From positions 1 to 54,686 of the IMG/VR virus record IMGVR_UViG_3300009182_005502: a stretch of DNA of 54,686 nucleotides; one strand, 5' to 3'. The stretch's first letter is position 1; the number at the start of each line of letters is the position of its first letter. The notes beneath the pieces were generated by a model. The model ran no database searches. It saw only the letters and a program-made list of their open reading frames with translations, and was not told the DNA's origin. This document shows positions 19,683-29,110 of the stretch, one piece after another. The DNA is from a virus (Duplodnaviria > Caudoviricetes). The position numbers and the translations under genes are program-made.

Positions 19683-20482
19683 AGTTTAAAATACTGTTTT
19701 TCGTACTCATCTTCATTAGGTAAAGGCATGTACCATAATATATTATTATGTGTTGGTCTTTTTAGCAATATATTTTGTACATAAGGAAACCATCTTTGAG
19801 GTAAATTATCAGAATCTTCAATAAAATTTTTTTCATTATATGTATTACCAGGCTCTCCTTCCATTGACGTACTTTCATGATCTAAGTGAAAAATAACACC
19901 TGGAGGTTTATTAAGGGTTAAACATTTACCATATAAGTGACATTTTGCATAAAAATATGTATCCCAATAAGCTCTACTTAAAAGCATAGGCTTAAATTTA
20001 TCACTATTAAGTAGCCACCAGTTGTTTTTAATTGCAAAACCATCGAATCCGTGAACACTTAATGACTCAGGCACCGGATTTTTATCGTCAAGGGAATCAA
20101 GTTTAGTAAAATGTAATTTACTTGCTACTAAACTATCATATTTGTTGTTACTTAATATTGACTTAATATATCTATCGGATACGATAATATCGTTATTAAT
20201 AAATAAAAAATAATCTGTTTTTACAACTGCTAAAATATCAAATATTTCATTTACGAACGGTATTTTTTTATCGGTAATATCTTTTGGTATATTTTTAAGA
20301 CTGTGTAAATTAACAAATTTGTCTAAAGTAGCAAAAGTTTCATCTTCAAACGTTACATTAACAAGAAGTATATTATCAGAATAATGTTTTTTTAGTTTGT
20401 GTAGACTTTCAACACACATTTTCTCCCGATTATTAAGATCGGATTCTTTTTTAAAATTGTTAATACCTATCGCAATTTTCAC
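19679..20482 (-). CDS. Putative GT-A glycosyltransferase
   Basis: FINNDI, GFDGFA, YWD, HLDH. Confidence 0.5.
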   Translation of the reverse strand: MKIAIGINNFKKESDLNNREKMCVESLHKLKKHYSDNILLVNVTFEDETFATLDKFVNLHSLKNIPKDITDKKIPFVNEIFDILAVVKTDYFLFINNDIIVSDRYIKSILSNNKYDSLVASKLHFTKLDSLDDKNPVPESLSVHGFDGFAIKNNWWLLNSDKFKPMLLSRAYWDTYFYAKCHLYGKCLTLNKPPGVIFHLDHESTSMEGEPGNTYNEKNFIEDSDNLPQRWFPYVQNILLKRPTHNNILWYMPLPNEDEYEKQYFKL

Positions 20483-21258
20483 GGCTTTCTTAATTTTAAC
20501 ACTTTAAGTACAGTATCTCTACTAACATCCGGTATTTCATTTACCATTAACCCGTGCTTATTAACAAATAGTTTCCACTGTTCTTGTATTCTCTGCTCTC
20601 TGGATCCATCAGGTCTATCGGTCTGTAGGCGACTAACAGCATTAGGATTATTACATATTAACTCGTCGGAATTGGTGATATCAGCAAACCACCAAAAAGG
20701 TGCAGCGTAGTTAGAACAAGATTCTCTATACGCTAGATCAATATCAAAAGGATCTCTAAATTGAGTATCGTATAAACCAGTTTGTTTAAAAGCAGTATAA
20801 TGATGATATGTAAACTCGTTACACATATTTTTATAAAACGACACACTTATATTCTTACTATATTCAACAGTAAGTCGAGGGGTTCTACTACCAGGGGTTC
20901 CTGATTCCCAAGAAGTGCTAACATAGGAAAAATATTTTAAACCAGATGCTTTAGATGCTTGTATATATTTGTCAAATATATTTACATCTTTAATAATCAT
21001 ATCATCTTCAATAAGAAAAATATGTTCACACCCTCTATTCATTAAAAAGTTAACAGCATCATTTCTACAAAATGCAGGGTAGTAATTTTTACTGTGTTGA
21101 ATCCAGTTACACGGTTCGTAGGGATGTTTATATCTATCACCTCCATTTACTACAACAACATCATTAACCTTATCAAAAGGTAGCGACTCATAAAGACTAT
21201 TAAAATAGTTTTCTGAATTATAGGTAATGATTCCAACTCCGATTTTATTTGTTTCCAT
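20479..21258 (-). CDS. Glycosyltransferase family 2
   Basis: IGVGIITYN, HIFLIEDD, GLYD; start moved to ATG 21258 (METNKIG); paralog of 21245..22054. Confidence 0.8.
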   Translation of the reverse strand: METNKIGVGIITYNSENYFNSLYESLPFDKVNDVVVVNGGDRYKHPYEPCNWIQHSKNYYPAFCRNDAVNFLMNRGCEHIFLIEDDMIIKDVNIFDKYIQASKASGLKYFSYVSTSWESGTPGSRTPRLTVEYSKNISVSFYKNMCNEFTYHHYTAFKQTGLYDTQFRDPFDIDLAYRESCSNYAAPFWWFADITNSDELICNNPNAVSRLQTDRPDGSREQRIQEQWKLFVNKHGLMVNEIPDVSRDTVLKVLKLRKP

Positions 21259-22054
21259 ACGTTTTTTTAATTTGTTTAATTTTACTAATAGTTTCTTCTC
21301 TTGAAGGTATAAGCTGATAGGGGCTAGTAACATCTATTTTAGATTTTTCTGCAAACCTTGCTACTGCTTTTCGAAAATTATCTATCCATTTTTCATCTCG
21401 TCTTATCTCACTACCCGAGTGATTTTTATCTAGTTCTTCAATGTACTTGCTACTATCTGCAATATCCGCAAACCATCTAAAAGGTGTTGTCATATCTGCC
21501 TGAGCTATAAAGAAAGTATGATCAACGTGTTCCATAGCGTTATAGTACTCTTCATCCATTAACCCTACAGCGTCTAAGCACTTTTTTGTATAAAAACTAA
21601 ATGCACCGTAAACGTTTGGATAAAAACAAACAGCTATATCTTTACTATATTCTACCCTTAATTTAATAGCAGGAGATCTATCAGGATTGTAATTGTCATT
21701 ACCGTGAAACGCAAAATTTAAATGCTGAATACCTGATATCTTAGAAGCTTCTATATACTTGTTAAATACATCATTATCTTTAATAATAATATCATCTTCT
21801 AGTAAGAAGATATATTCACAATTTTTTTCTAAAAGGTTAATTATTGCTAAATTTTTAGCTCTACCAACACCAATTTTACCACCTGTCTGTCTTATATAAT
21901 TTACCTTGGGATGAGCAGCAAAAGTAGGCTTATTACCGTCATCTATGATTATTAATTCATCAATATTTGATTCTTTTTTATTAATAGTGTCGAGTAATCG
22001 TTTAATATACTCAGGTCTATCACAAGTTATAATCGCTACACCTATTTTACTCAT
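21245..22054 (-). CDS. Glycosyltransferase family 2
   Basis: IGVAIITCDR, IIIDDG, FLLEDD, VGLMDE. Confidence 0.85.
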   Translation of the reverse strand: MSKIGVAIITCDRPEYIKRLLDTINKKESNIDELIIIDDGNKPTFAAHPKVNYIRQTGGKIGVGRAKNLAIINLLEKNCEYIFLLEDDIIIKDNDVFNKYIEASKISGIQHLNFAFHGNDNYNPDRSPAIKLRVEYSKDIAVCFYPNVYGAFSFYTKKCLDAVGLMDEEYYNAMEHVDHTFFIAQADMTTPFRWFADIADSSKYIEELDKNHSGSEIRRDEKWIDNFRKAVARFAEKSKIDVTSPYQLIPSREETISKIKQIKKTYGNK

Positions 22055-23108
22055 TTGTTGTTAAAGATAGTTTATAAAGATCTAAACATTTATCGAGTAT
22101 ATCTTTTTTGTTTACTTCTGTTTCGAGTAGTTCTACAAATTCGTGTAATGCAGTCTCGACATCAATACTAAAATTTTCTGCATCTGTAGCAGATAGCTGA
22201 ACATTTTCAAAAATATTAAAATCTGTTCTAATATGTAAAGGTTTATACTGATTAAATTTTGATATCATTAAATCTAACGCCTGTGGTTTAATATTCTTAT
22301 CAATACATAGGCTAATAAAATTATTTGATATGGTTGAAGATATATCTTCAAGCTTAATATTACCTTCAATAAGATCTGATATCTTAACTTTTTTATGTTT
22401 TGGTGTAACAGTATTTTCTATAAGCTCAACTTCAAATGTATCGGTATTTAAAATTGTTACACCTTTTGCATGATCTCTATCTCCAAAATCTAACTCGTAA
22501 GGTGAACCTAGATAAAGGATACTACCTCCTTCAGGATATGTTCTGTGCTCTCTATAATGAAAATGACCGGAAATAACAAACTTACTTTTATCTAATAACT
22601 GAATTGTTTTAATTCCGTGATCACAAATCTTATGTTGATTCATTCTAAAATGAGTAATTTCAAAATGACCTACAACTATATCACTTTTAGGTATTTTATC
22701 TATTGTTACTCCCCATGGACAAAATGTCCAAGTTTTTCCATTAATAATACACGTTCTTAATTCTTGAAAGATAGTTATATTTTTATAACCGTTTAAAATA
22801 GATATAGAATTAATATCTGATTTATCCTTATAGTAACAGTCATGATTACCTGTTATAGCTACAATATTATAATTCTTAAGTATATCAAAGAATTTATGTG
22901 CAGCATGAATTGTATTAACACCTATTTCGTGTCTATTGTGAAATATATCACCAGCAATAACTATATCTTTAATATTTTTATCCTTTAAGCTACTGTCAAG
23001 CCAGTAAGCAAATTTTATAGCAATGTCATGCCAAGTAGCAGAATTTTGATGTACACCTAAATGTATATCACTAATAAAAGCTACTTTATTACTATTAAAA
23101 TTAAGCAT
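22047..23108 (-). CDS. gp47: Recombination endonuclease nuclease subunit (gp47, SbcD/Mre11-like)
   Basis: Metallophosphoesterase motifs SDIHLG, GDIFH, GNHD, GHFE, SGHFH, YLGSP. Confidence 0.95.
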   Translation of the reverse strand: MLNFNSNKVAFISDIHLGVHQNSATWHDIAIKFAYWLDSSLKDKNIKDIVIAGDIFHNRHEIGVNTIHAAHKFFDILKNYNIVAITGNHDCYYKDKSDINSISILNGYKNITIFQELRTCIINGKTWTFCPWGVTIDKIPKSDIVVGHFEITHFRMNQHKICDHGIKTIQLLDKSKFVISGHFHYREHRTYPEGGSILYLGSPYELDFGDRDHAKGVTILNTDTFEVELIENTVTPKHKKVKISDLIEGNIKLEDISSTISNNFISLCIDKNIKPQALDLMISKFNQYKPLHIRTDFNIFENVQLSATDAENFSIDVETALHEFVELLETEVNKKDILDKCLDLYKLSLTTNE

Positions 23109-23670
23109 CTTCTGTAGTAGGAGTTACTGCGCTTTCATCATAATACGAACTATTACTATCATCTTCTAGGTGAGAGTTCTTTTGATAAGGTATTTGACCT
23201 GATTCTGCCAAAAGCCCGTACACCTCATCTTGATATCTATGAATTGTATCGTGTTCCTTTTTCTCTTTTTTAATTCTATTTTGAAAAGCTCTATAAGCTA
23301 CTTTTGTAAAGTACGAAAAAGGATTATATCCTCTATCACACTTAAACCTCTTACGCGTTAAAGCAGTAATCATTTTAATAATAGCATCTCCGATCATTTC
23401 CTGCTTATAACTATAGTTAATAAAATTCTGTGCGTAACCTAGACGAGTACCTATTTTTTGAATCATGTCAGCAAGTTCATTATTAAGATCCCCTGTTTCG
23501 TAGTACTTCTTAATACATACTTCCATATAGATAGGATCAACATAGTTAGGCTTTAATTCTTCTTTTGTACGTCGTACTCTTTTTTTAGATCTTTGCTTCG
23601 GTAGAGCTTCATCTAAGACAGCGGATAAATCATCCATGTAAAATTCGTCTTTGTTTGTTTTTTTGGCCAT
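23101..23670 (-). CDS. gp55: Late transcription sigma factor (gp55)
   Basis: NYVD, NFINYSYKQEMIGDA, NPFSYFT..AFQNRIKKEK. Confidence 0.92.
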   Translation of the reverse strand: MAKKTNKDEFYMDDLSAVLDEALPKQRSKKRVRRTKEELKPNYVDPIYMEVCIKKYYETGDLNNELADMIQKIGTRLGYAQNFINYSYKQEMIGDAIIKMITALTRKRFKCDRGYNPFSYFTKVAYRAFQNRIKKEKKEHDTIHRYQDEVYGLLAESGQIPYQKNSHLEDDSNSSYYDESAVTPTTEDA

Positions 23671-23706
23671 AAAGTAATAGTTATATTAACTCATTTTATA
23701 ATAAAA

Positions 23707-25155
23707 TCAACCCTCATTAATATTAATGATTTCATGTTCAATACTCTCACTACCATATAGTTCTAAACGCTCTTCTAAGTGGGCACTACCGTAGCGTAGG
23801 CAATCCCCTATATCAAAAATAACAGCTTGTTTTTTAGAAGCGTGCAAACGTAAACTTCTACCGATAGATTGAATAATTTTAATCTTAGCTTTACCAATAG
23901 CAGCAAAAACTATATAATGTAAGTTTTTAATATTAATACCAGTACTAAATATTTTTGATATTGCCACACAGACTACATTATCTGTTGTTTCCATAAGTTG
24001 ACGTATTTTTTCTCTTTCCTCAACTTCAACATCTCCGTGCACAAAATATACTTGTTTGTCTGTTTGTTCAGATAGTACACGAAGAAGCTCCTCACCGTGA
24101 GCTATTCTATCTACCATAATGAGAATGTTATTACTAACACCTTTTATAAGCTTAGATATAATACTGTTTCTAAATTTATTAGTTTGTAAAAATTGTATTT
24201 CCTCTTCGTAACCTGCTGTAGGAGAAGCCATAGATGGTTTAGTAAATTTAGGTAAGTTGTTATACTCTATCTTTAAAACTTTAACTAATACATCTGTAAT
24301 ATATTTTTGCTCTCTAAGGTCAATTGATTTTTTAGCATATATAACTGGTCCTATAAGACCTATTATATTCCAACGATCAATTAAAGTATCAGGTAGGGTA
24401 CCTGTTAAGCCGTAAGTATAGATTGCAGGTATCTTGCTAATAATTTTATTAATTTTGTTACCTGATTTTAATTTATGTACTTCGTCAACTATAAGAACTT
24501 CAATATCATTTAAGATAGAGAGGTCTTGTTTTTTAGATAGTAAAATCTGAGCGTTAGCTACAATAATATTAGCATTTTTATCAGGTTCATATGAACCTGT
24601 CCATTTTGTAATTTTACTCGGTTCAATACCGTACTCTAAAAAATCTCCACATGTTTGCTGTACAAGCTGAATATCAGGGACTAATATTAATGTTTTACGA
24701 GACTGATTTTGTTCAATAGCTGAATACAAAGAAGCCATAACAAGTGTCTTTCCTGCTGATGTAGGAAGTATAATAATACCACCTTTTTGAGCTTTAGCGT
24801 AATTAACAGCTGTTTGCTGATAATCTCTCAAAGCAAATTTAAGATTGTGTTCGTAGGGTACTGTAAAATCAGGTTTTTTATTTGCTGCTTTAAATGCATT
24901 AGTAAATTCAAACTCAAGGGAAGGTATACCTTGCTCTTTTAAAAATGTAATAATTTCTGTTAAAAGATTTGGTGCAAACCTACCTTGAGGCGTAATGGCA
25001 TAAACCCGAGTAGGTGGTCTATAACCTACTGAATAATGTCTTTTAAACACCTGATTTTTATCCTCTACAGAAAAATGTTCTCTTATATTCGGTAAATATT
25101 CTGAAACTATAATACCTTTTTTTCTACCTGGGTCATAATCAAATAAAACTTTCAT
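23707..25155 (-). CDS. uvsW: SF2 DNA helicase UvsW
   Basis: LRDYQ, PTSAGKT, DEVH, GLTGT, FSTGINIKNL, QSIGRSLR. Confidence 0.93.
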   Translation of the reverse strand: MKVLFDYDPGRKKGIIVSEYLPNIREHFSVEDKNQVFKRHYSVGYRPPTRVYAITPQGRFAPNLLTEIITFLKEQGIPSLEFEFTNAFKAANKKPDFTVPYEHNLKFALRDYQQTAVNYAKAQKGGIIILPTSAGKTLVMASLYSAIEQNQSRKTLILVPDIQLVQQTCGDFLEYGIEPSKITKWTGSYEPDKNANIIVANAQILLSKKQDLSILNDIEVLIVDEVHKLKSGNKINKIISKIPAIYTYGLTGTLPDTLIDRWNIIGLIGPVIYAKKSIDLREQKYITDVLVKVLKIEYNNLPKFTKPSMASPTAGYEEEIQFLQTNKFRNSIISKLIKGVSNNILIMVDRIAHGEELLRVLSEQTDKQVYFVHGDVEVEEREKIRQLMETTDNVVCVAISKIFSTGINIKNLHYIVFAAIGKAKIKIIQSIGRSLRLHASKKQAVIFDIGDCLRYGSAHLEERLELYGSESIEHEIININEG

Positions 25156-25580
25156 TACGTTGTTTCAAGCTTTACAATTTCTATTAAATTTTTAATATCA
25201 TAACTTATACTTCTAAAATTTGATTCAATTTTTGAAAGATATTCAACGAGAACTTCATTTTCAGCAATTTGTTCGTCTATTTTTTGTATTACCGGATGAT
25301 TATCTGCAGCCATCTCTCTTGTTCTTATACTAGCCCCTATCGGTAGTTCAGCTTGAATACGATCGGCAATTTTATCCGTAGCTTGTTTACGAAGTTTTTT
25401 AAGTTTTAAGATTTCTTGTTTATGAAACATTAAACGACCTACCCAATAGTGGCGAGTAGAAGGAAGATCCATTTGAATCTGTTTCATATTAAACTCATCT
25501 ACTGTAACATACTTTTTAATCTCTTCGTTATATTTTTCTAAAAGAGATTGTTGTACTGTTTCTTCAGAGTTAGAGTCCAT
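25155..25580 (-). CDS. uvsY: Recombination mediator UvsY
   Basis: Size, helical pattern, C-terminal SYDIKNLIE, position next to uvsW. Confidence 0.75.
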   Translation of the reverse strand: MDSNSEETVQQSLLEKYNEEIKKYVTVDEFNMKQIQMDLPSTRHYWVGRLMFHKQEILKLKKLRKQATDKIADRIQAELPIGASIRTREMAADNHPVIQKIDEQIAENEVLVEYLSKIESNFRSISYDIKNLIEIVKLETT

Positions 25581-25614
25581 AAGGTTATTATAACTGATAT
25601 TTGTTAAAAAACAA

Positions 25615-25622
25615 CATAAATA
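25615..25622 (+). promoter_or_regulatory. T4-type late promoter CATAAATA
   Basis: TATAAATA variant 6 nt before GTG 25629 at a strand switch; gp55 is encoded in the window. Confidence 0.65.
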
Positions 25623-25628
25623 ATCAAA

Positions 25629-25889
25629 GTGATAACTTTAAAAGAAATAATACTACAAGTTTTGGATGAAGATGCTAACGTTGCAGGTGGTTTAGGTAGT
25701 GTTTTGGGTGCAGGTGTTGTTTCAACAGAAAACCCTATGTCGGGGGATAGATATGCTCCTGGAGATGCAAGAGTTGTAAAACCTTTAGGAACAAGAGTTA
25801 CAAAGCGAAGCCGTATACCCTATTCTATCTTTGCAGGAAAAGTTAAATCAAAACGCAAAAAACATAAAAAACGTAAAAAGAAACGTTAA
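25629..25889 (+). CDS. Hypothetical late protein with very basic C-terminus
   Basis: Late promoter upstream; N-terminus ends in VLDE; KSKRKKHKKRKKKR tail. Confidence 0.7.
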   Translation: MITLKEIILQVLDEDANVAGGLGSVLGAGVVSTENPMSGDRYAPGDARVVKPLGTRVTKRSRIPYSIFAGKVKSKRKKHKKRKKKR

Positions 25890-26320
25890 TGGAAACAGGT
25901 CATTGGATTTTAAATGAAGGTGTTGAAATAACTGAAGATGTATTTGGTTTTATATATCTTATAACAAATTTAACAAACAATAAAAAGTACATTGGTAAAA
26001 AACAATGTATATCTAAGTTTAAACGCAAACCTTTAAAAGGCAAAAAAAATAAAAGAATTGAATATAAGGAATCTGATTGGAAAACCTATACAAGTTCCTC
26101 AGTTGATTTAAATGAAGATATAGTTAAAATTGGAAAAAAGAATTTCAGGTTTGAGATTCTAAGAACCTGCGGTTCAAAGTGGGAATTGGCATACGAAGAA
26201 GCCAAAGAACAGATAGGTAGAGAAGTTTTGTTGAGATCTGACTATTATAACGGTATTTTAAACCTTCGTATAGGAAGACCACCTAAAAACCTATTAAATA
26301 ATAAACAAATAATATGTTAA
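25889..26320 (+). CDS. GIY-YIG endonuclease (EndoII/Seg-like)
   Basis: GFIYLITN..KKYIGKK, WKTYTSSS, YYN. Confidence 0.85.
   Translation: METGHWILNEGVEITEDVFGFIYLITNLTNNKKYIGKKQCISKFKRKPLKGKKNKRIEYKESDWKTYTSSSVDLNEDIVKIGKKNFRFEILRTCGSKWELAYEEAKEQIGREVLLRSDYYNGILNLRIGRPPKNLLNNKQIIC
26293..26300 (+). promoter_or_regulatory. T4-type late promoter ATTAAATA
   Basis: TAAATA core 13 nt before ATG 26314. Confidence 0.45.
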
Positions 26321-26913
26321 ACGAATCTAAAAAAACAGGTGTAAGTAGATGCTTATATTGTCAATCAACAAGTTACGGTAAAGGGTGTAGGTACGGACCT
26401 AAGGGAGTTCACTTTCATTCCGATAATCCCTTAAAGTGTGCTTATTGCGGTTCTACAAGTTACGGTCCTGGATGTAAATTTAACCCTATAAGCAAAATAC
26501 ATATTCACGGAATAGATTATAATATTATGTTTAAGGAATCTGCACAAAAAGACTTTTTAATAAACGCCTTATATAAAGAGTTTAAAGATTTTGAATCTTA
26601 CAAATTAGGTATTATAGATGAAGACGGTAATAAGATTAAGGAACCTATAACTGAAGAGGAAAAGGCTGCGTATTCTCCAGCTGTACGTACAATTTTAAAA
26701 GTTAAAAAGTATTTAGGATCAAAAATTGATTTGATGAAACATACTATGGTGCTTGAAAACACTCAAAAGTTAAACTATAATAAGGAAAATCATAAAGAAA
26801 TACTTTTATACGAAGAAAAAATAAATGATATTTTTAGACAACTTCATGAAGCAACAAATAGTGCTTTAGAAAACGGTCTTACATTAGAACAAATAGAATC
26901 AATATTGCAGTAA
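26314..26913 (+). CDS. Protein with two tandem CxxC-x8-C...HxH repeats fused to a conserved T4-like domain
   Basis: CLYCQSTSYGKGC..HFH and CAYCGSTSYGPGC..HIH; YKLGIIDEDG motif recalled from T4-like hypothetical proteins. Confidence 0.7.
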   Translation: MLNESKKTGVSRCLYCQSTSYGKGCRYGPKGVHFHSDNPLKCAYCGSTSYGPGCKFNPISKIHIHGIDYNIMFKESAQKDFLINALYKEFKDFESYKLGIIDEDGNKIKEPITEEEKAAYSPAVRTILKVKKYLGSKIDLMKHTMVLENTQKLNYNKENHKEILLYEEKINDIFRQLHEATNSALENGLTLEQIESILQ

Positions 26914-26914
26914 T

Positions 26915-27397
26915 ATGAAATTTAAAGAGTTTAAAGGTAGCAGAGTATGTGCTATTGACTTTGAACCTTTATTGTTTGATGCGATTAAGGAAACTATACA
27001 AATTTGTAAAAAGTATAATGTACCTTTAAAGTCAATTGACGTATCGAAGTTTTTTTATCATTTTTGTTTAGAGAAGTTTTGTGCAGCCTACCAGAAGTGT
27101 CCTAGTAAATTTCCTAAAGCACTTGTTGTGTACAAAATTTCAAAAAATATTCCGTTTTCAAATAAAAAATTAGAAAAAATCTTAAGAGTTTTACCTATAC
27201 CTTGGTGTACGTGTAGTTCTTTTGATTCTCCGGATATAGAATTAGCAGTAAATAATGCTATAACAAAAAGTAAATCGACGAGCAACAAATTAAACAATTT
27301 TGCTAGTAAGAATCAGTTATATAAGTTCTTAAAGGACTTTAAAAAGATAAAATATTTTTCATCCGGATCAGTTGATTTAAGTCAGTCTACCGAATAA
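26915..27397 (+). CDS. Hypothetical protein
   Basis: ATG 1 nt after the previous stop; no motif recognised. Confidence 0.65.
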   Translation: MKFKEFKGSRVCAIDFEPLLFDAIKETIQICKKYNVPLKSIDVSKFFYHFCLEKFCAAYQKCPSKFPKALVVYKISKNIPFSNKKLEKILRVLPIPWCTCSSFDSPDIELAVNNAITKSKSTSNKLNNFASKNQLYKFLKDFKKIKYFSSGSVDLSQSTE

Positions 27398-27455
27398 GTG
27401 TATTAAAAGCCTTTAAGGCCTTTGCCAAATGTGCCTCAAAAATCTTAGAGTTGAG

Positions 27456-27463
27456 CTTAAATA
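27456..27463 (+). promoter_or_regulatory. T4-type late promoter CTTAAATA
   Basis: TAAATA core 6 nt before ATG 27470. Confidence 0.6.
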
Positions 27464-27469
27464 ATCTAT

Positions 27470-27772
27470 ATGTCTAAATTCGAAACTCTTTTAAATTCTC
27501 TTTTTGAGGATGTAGCTCCTACAGCTAACGTCTCTACTGCTCCTACTACAGGTAGTACAGTTACTAGTAACCCTAACCCTGGAACTCCTGCTACCAACCA
27601 GCCTTCTACTTTCAATCAACAACAGACTCCTAAGCCTGGAACAACTTCTTCACCTATTACTGATCCTAATCACCCTATAGTAAATGCTTTAGCCAGTGCT
27701 AAAACCTCTCAGGATGTTTTAAACGCTTTAAAAGCTAATAATATTCAGCTGCTTCCTACTGCTAAGGCCTAA
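27470..27772 (+). CDS. Pro/Thr-rich late protein, putative internal head protein
   Basis: MSKFETLLNSLFED leader followed by a low-complexity P/T/S region. Confidence 0.7.
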   Translation: MSKFETLLNSLFEDVAPTANVSTAPTTGSTVTSNPNPGTPATNQPSTFNQQQTPKPGTTSSPITDPNHPIVNALASAKTSQDVLNALKANNIQLLPTAKA

Positions 27773-27774
27773 TC

Positions 27775-28143
27775 ATGAATAAGCAGGTAGTTAATCTTTT
27801 AAAACTACAAAACCAATTAAGAATACTTCATTGGCAAGCTGATGGTTACGGTGAACATAAAGCTCTAGGTAAAGCCTATGAAAATTTAGATGGGTTAATA
27901 GATGATGTTGTAGAAGTTTTTCAAGGAAAGTACGGTAAAATTAAATATGAATCTCCTGTTGATTTCGGTTTAGTCAATCGTGAAGAGATTTCTATTATGG
28001 ATGTACTTCAAGAATTTACTGATTATCTTGTTACACGTTTTCCTGAAGGTTTAGATAGTGTTAAAGATTCTGATCTTCTTAATATTAGAGATGAGATAAT
28101 GGCGGTAATAAACAGATTAAAATACCTTCTTACACTTAAGTAA
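27775..28143 (+). CDS. Ferritin/Dps-like four-helix protein (DUF5856-type)
   Basis: LHWQ..GEHKALG..Y..LD..ID..VE and DLLNIRDE..YLLTL. Confidence 0.8.
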   Translation: MNKQVVNLLKLQNQLRILHWQADGYGEHKALGKAYENLDGLIDDVVEVFQGKYGKIKYESPVDFGLVNREEISIMDVLQEFTDYLVTRFPEGLDSVKDSDLLNIRDEIMAVINRLKYLLTLK

Positions 28144-28150
28144 TAGTGTA

Positions 28151-29110
28151 ATGTTTGAACGTTCCTTTAGTTCTTATTTTAATTCTATTTCTCTTCTTAA
28201 GGAAGGAGGTAATGTTTTTGAGGAAACAGCTCCTATAAAGAGAGAACATATAAAGCCTACTCTTCAAGAATTCTTTAAACAATTTGAAGAGGTATTTCCT
28301 GCTGCTAAGCTTCATTTTGAGGGTATACGTACCTTAGGTTCAGTAGGTAAAAAAGAAATATCTGGAGATATTGATTTAGCTCTATCAGAAGATTCTTTTA
28401 AAAATATTAACGATTGGGGTTTAGATAAAAAAGAAGTTGACTATCTGTTTAATACATTTAAAAAGAAAGCAAGATCTGCCTCTAATGAACAGTTAATGAA
28501 AAGAGCAGTTATAGTAGCTATAGCTGAAAAATTACAAGGCTCTAATAAAGATTTTAATGTTGATATTAAAGGATCTTCCGCCGGAGCTCTTTTTTGTAGA
28601 TTTCCTCAATTTGATGAACAAAAGAAACCGGTAGGTACGTTTGTTCAAGTAGATATTAATGTAGGTAATATTGATTGGCTAACATTTGCCTATCATTCGG
28701 CAACTTATAAGGGTAATGTAAAGGGATTACATAGAACTCAATTACTAGTCTCATTATTTTCACAAAAAGGTTATACCTTCTCTCATAACTACGGGGTAAA
28801 AAACAAGGAAACTCAAGAAATTGTTGCTTCAACACCTGAGCAGGCTATCAATCTTTTAAATAAACTTTATAATATAAACTTTACAGAAGATACAATAGGA
28901 GATTATTTTAAATTAATAGAATCTCTTAAGCAAAATTTAAATAAAGAAGATCTTCACGCTGTATACGACACGTATCTTAAAATACTAGATAGTACAAGAG
29001 CAGATATACCTGAAGATTTACAACAATATTGGATAGATAATCAAGAGCGATTAGGTTTAAAGGGTAAATATCTACCAGATAATTCTAATTTAACCAAATA
29101 TAAGTTATGA
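28151..29110 (+). CDS. Pol-beta superfamily nucleotidyltransferase
   Basis: LGS..GDIDLA (hGS-x-DxD) and the third Asp in FVQVD. Confidence 0.75.
   Translation: MFERSFSSYFNSISLLKEGGNVFEETAPIKREHIKPTLQEFFKQFEEVFPAAKLHFEGIRTLGSVGKKEISGDIDLALSEDSFKNINDWGLDKKEVDYLFNTFKKKARSASNEQLMKRAVIVAIAEKLQGSNKDFNVDIKGSSAGALFCRFPQFDEQKKPVGTFVQVDINVGNIDWLTFAYHSATYKGNVKGLHRTQLLVSLFSQKGYTFSHNYGVKNKETQEIVASTPEQAINLLNKLYNINFTEDTIGDYFKLIESLKQNLNKEDLHAVYDTYLKILDSTRADIPEDLQQYWIDNQERLGLKGKYLPDNSNLTKYKL

Noticed and set aside
25889-26320. Mobile homing endonuclease or intron
   Set aside because: No flanking intron structure or interrupted gene, and no C-terminal DNA-binding extension
27405-27425. Short GCCT/AGGC hairpin as a terminator
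   Set aside because: The stem is only 4 bp with a 3-nt loop and a weak U-tract; not supportable
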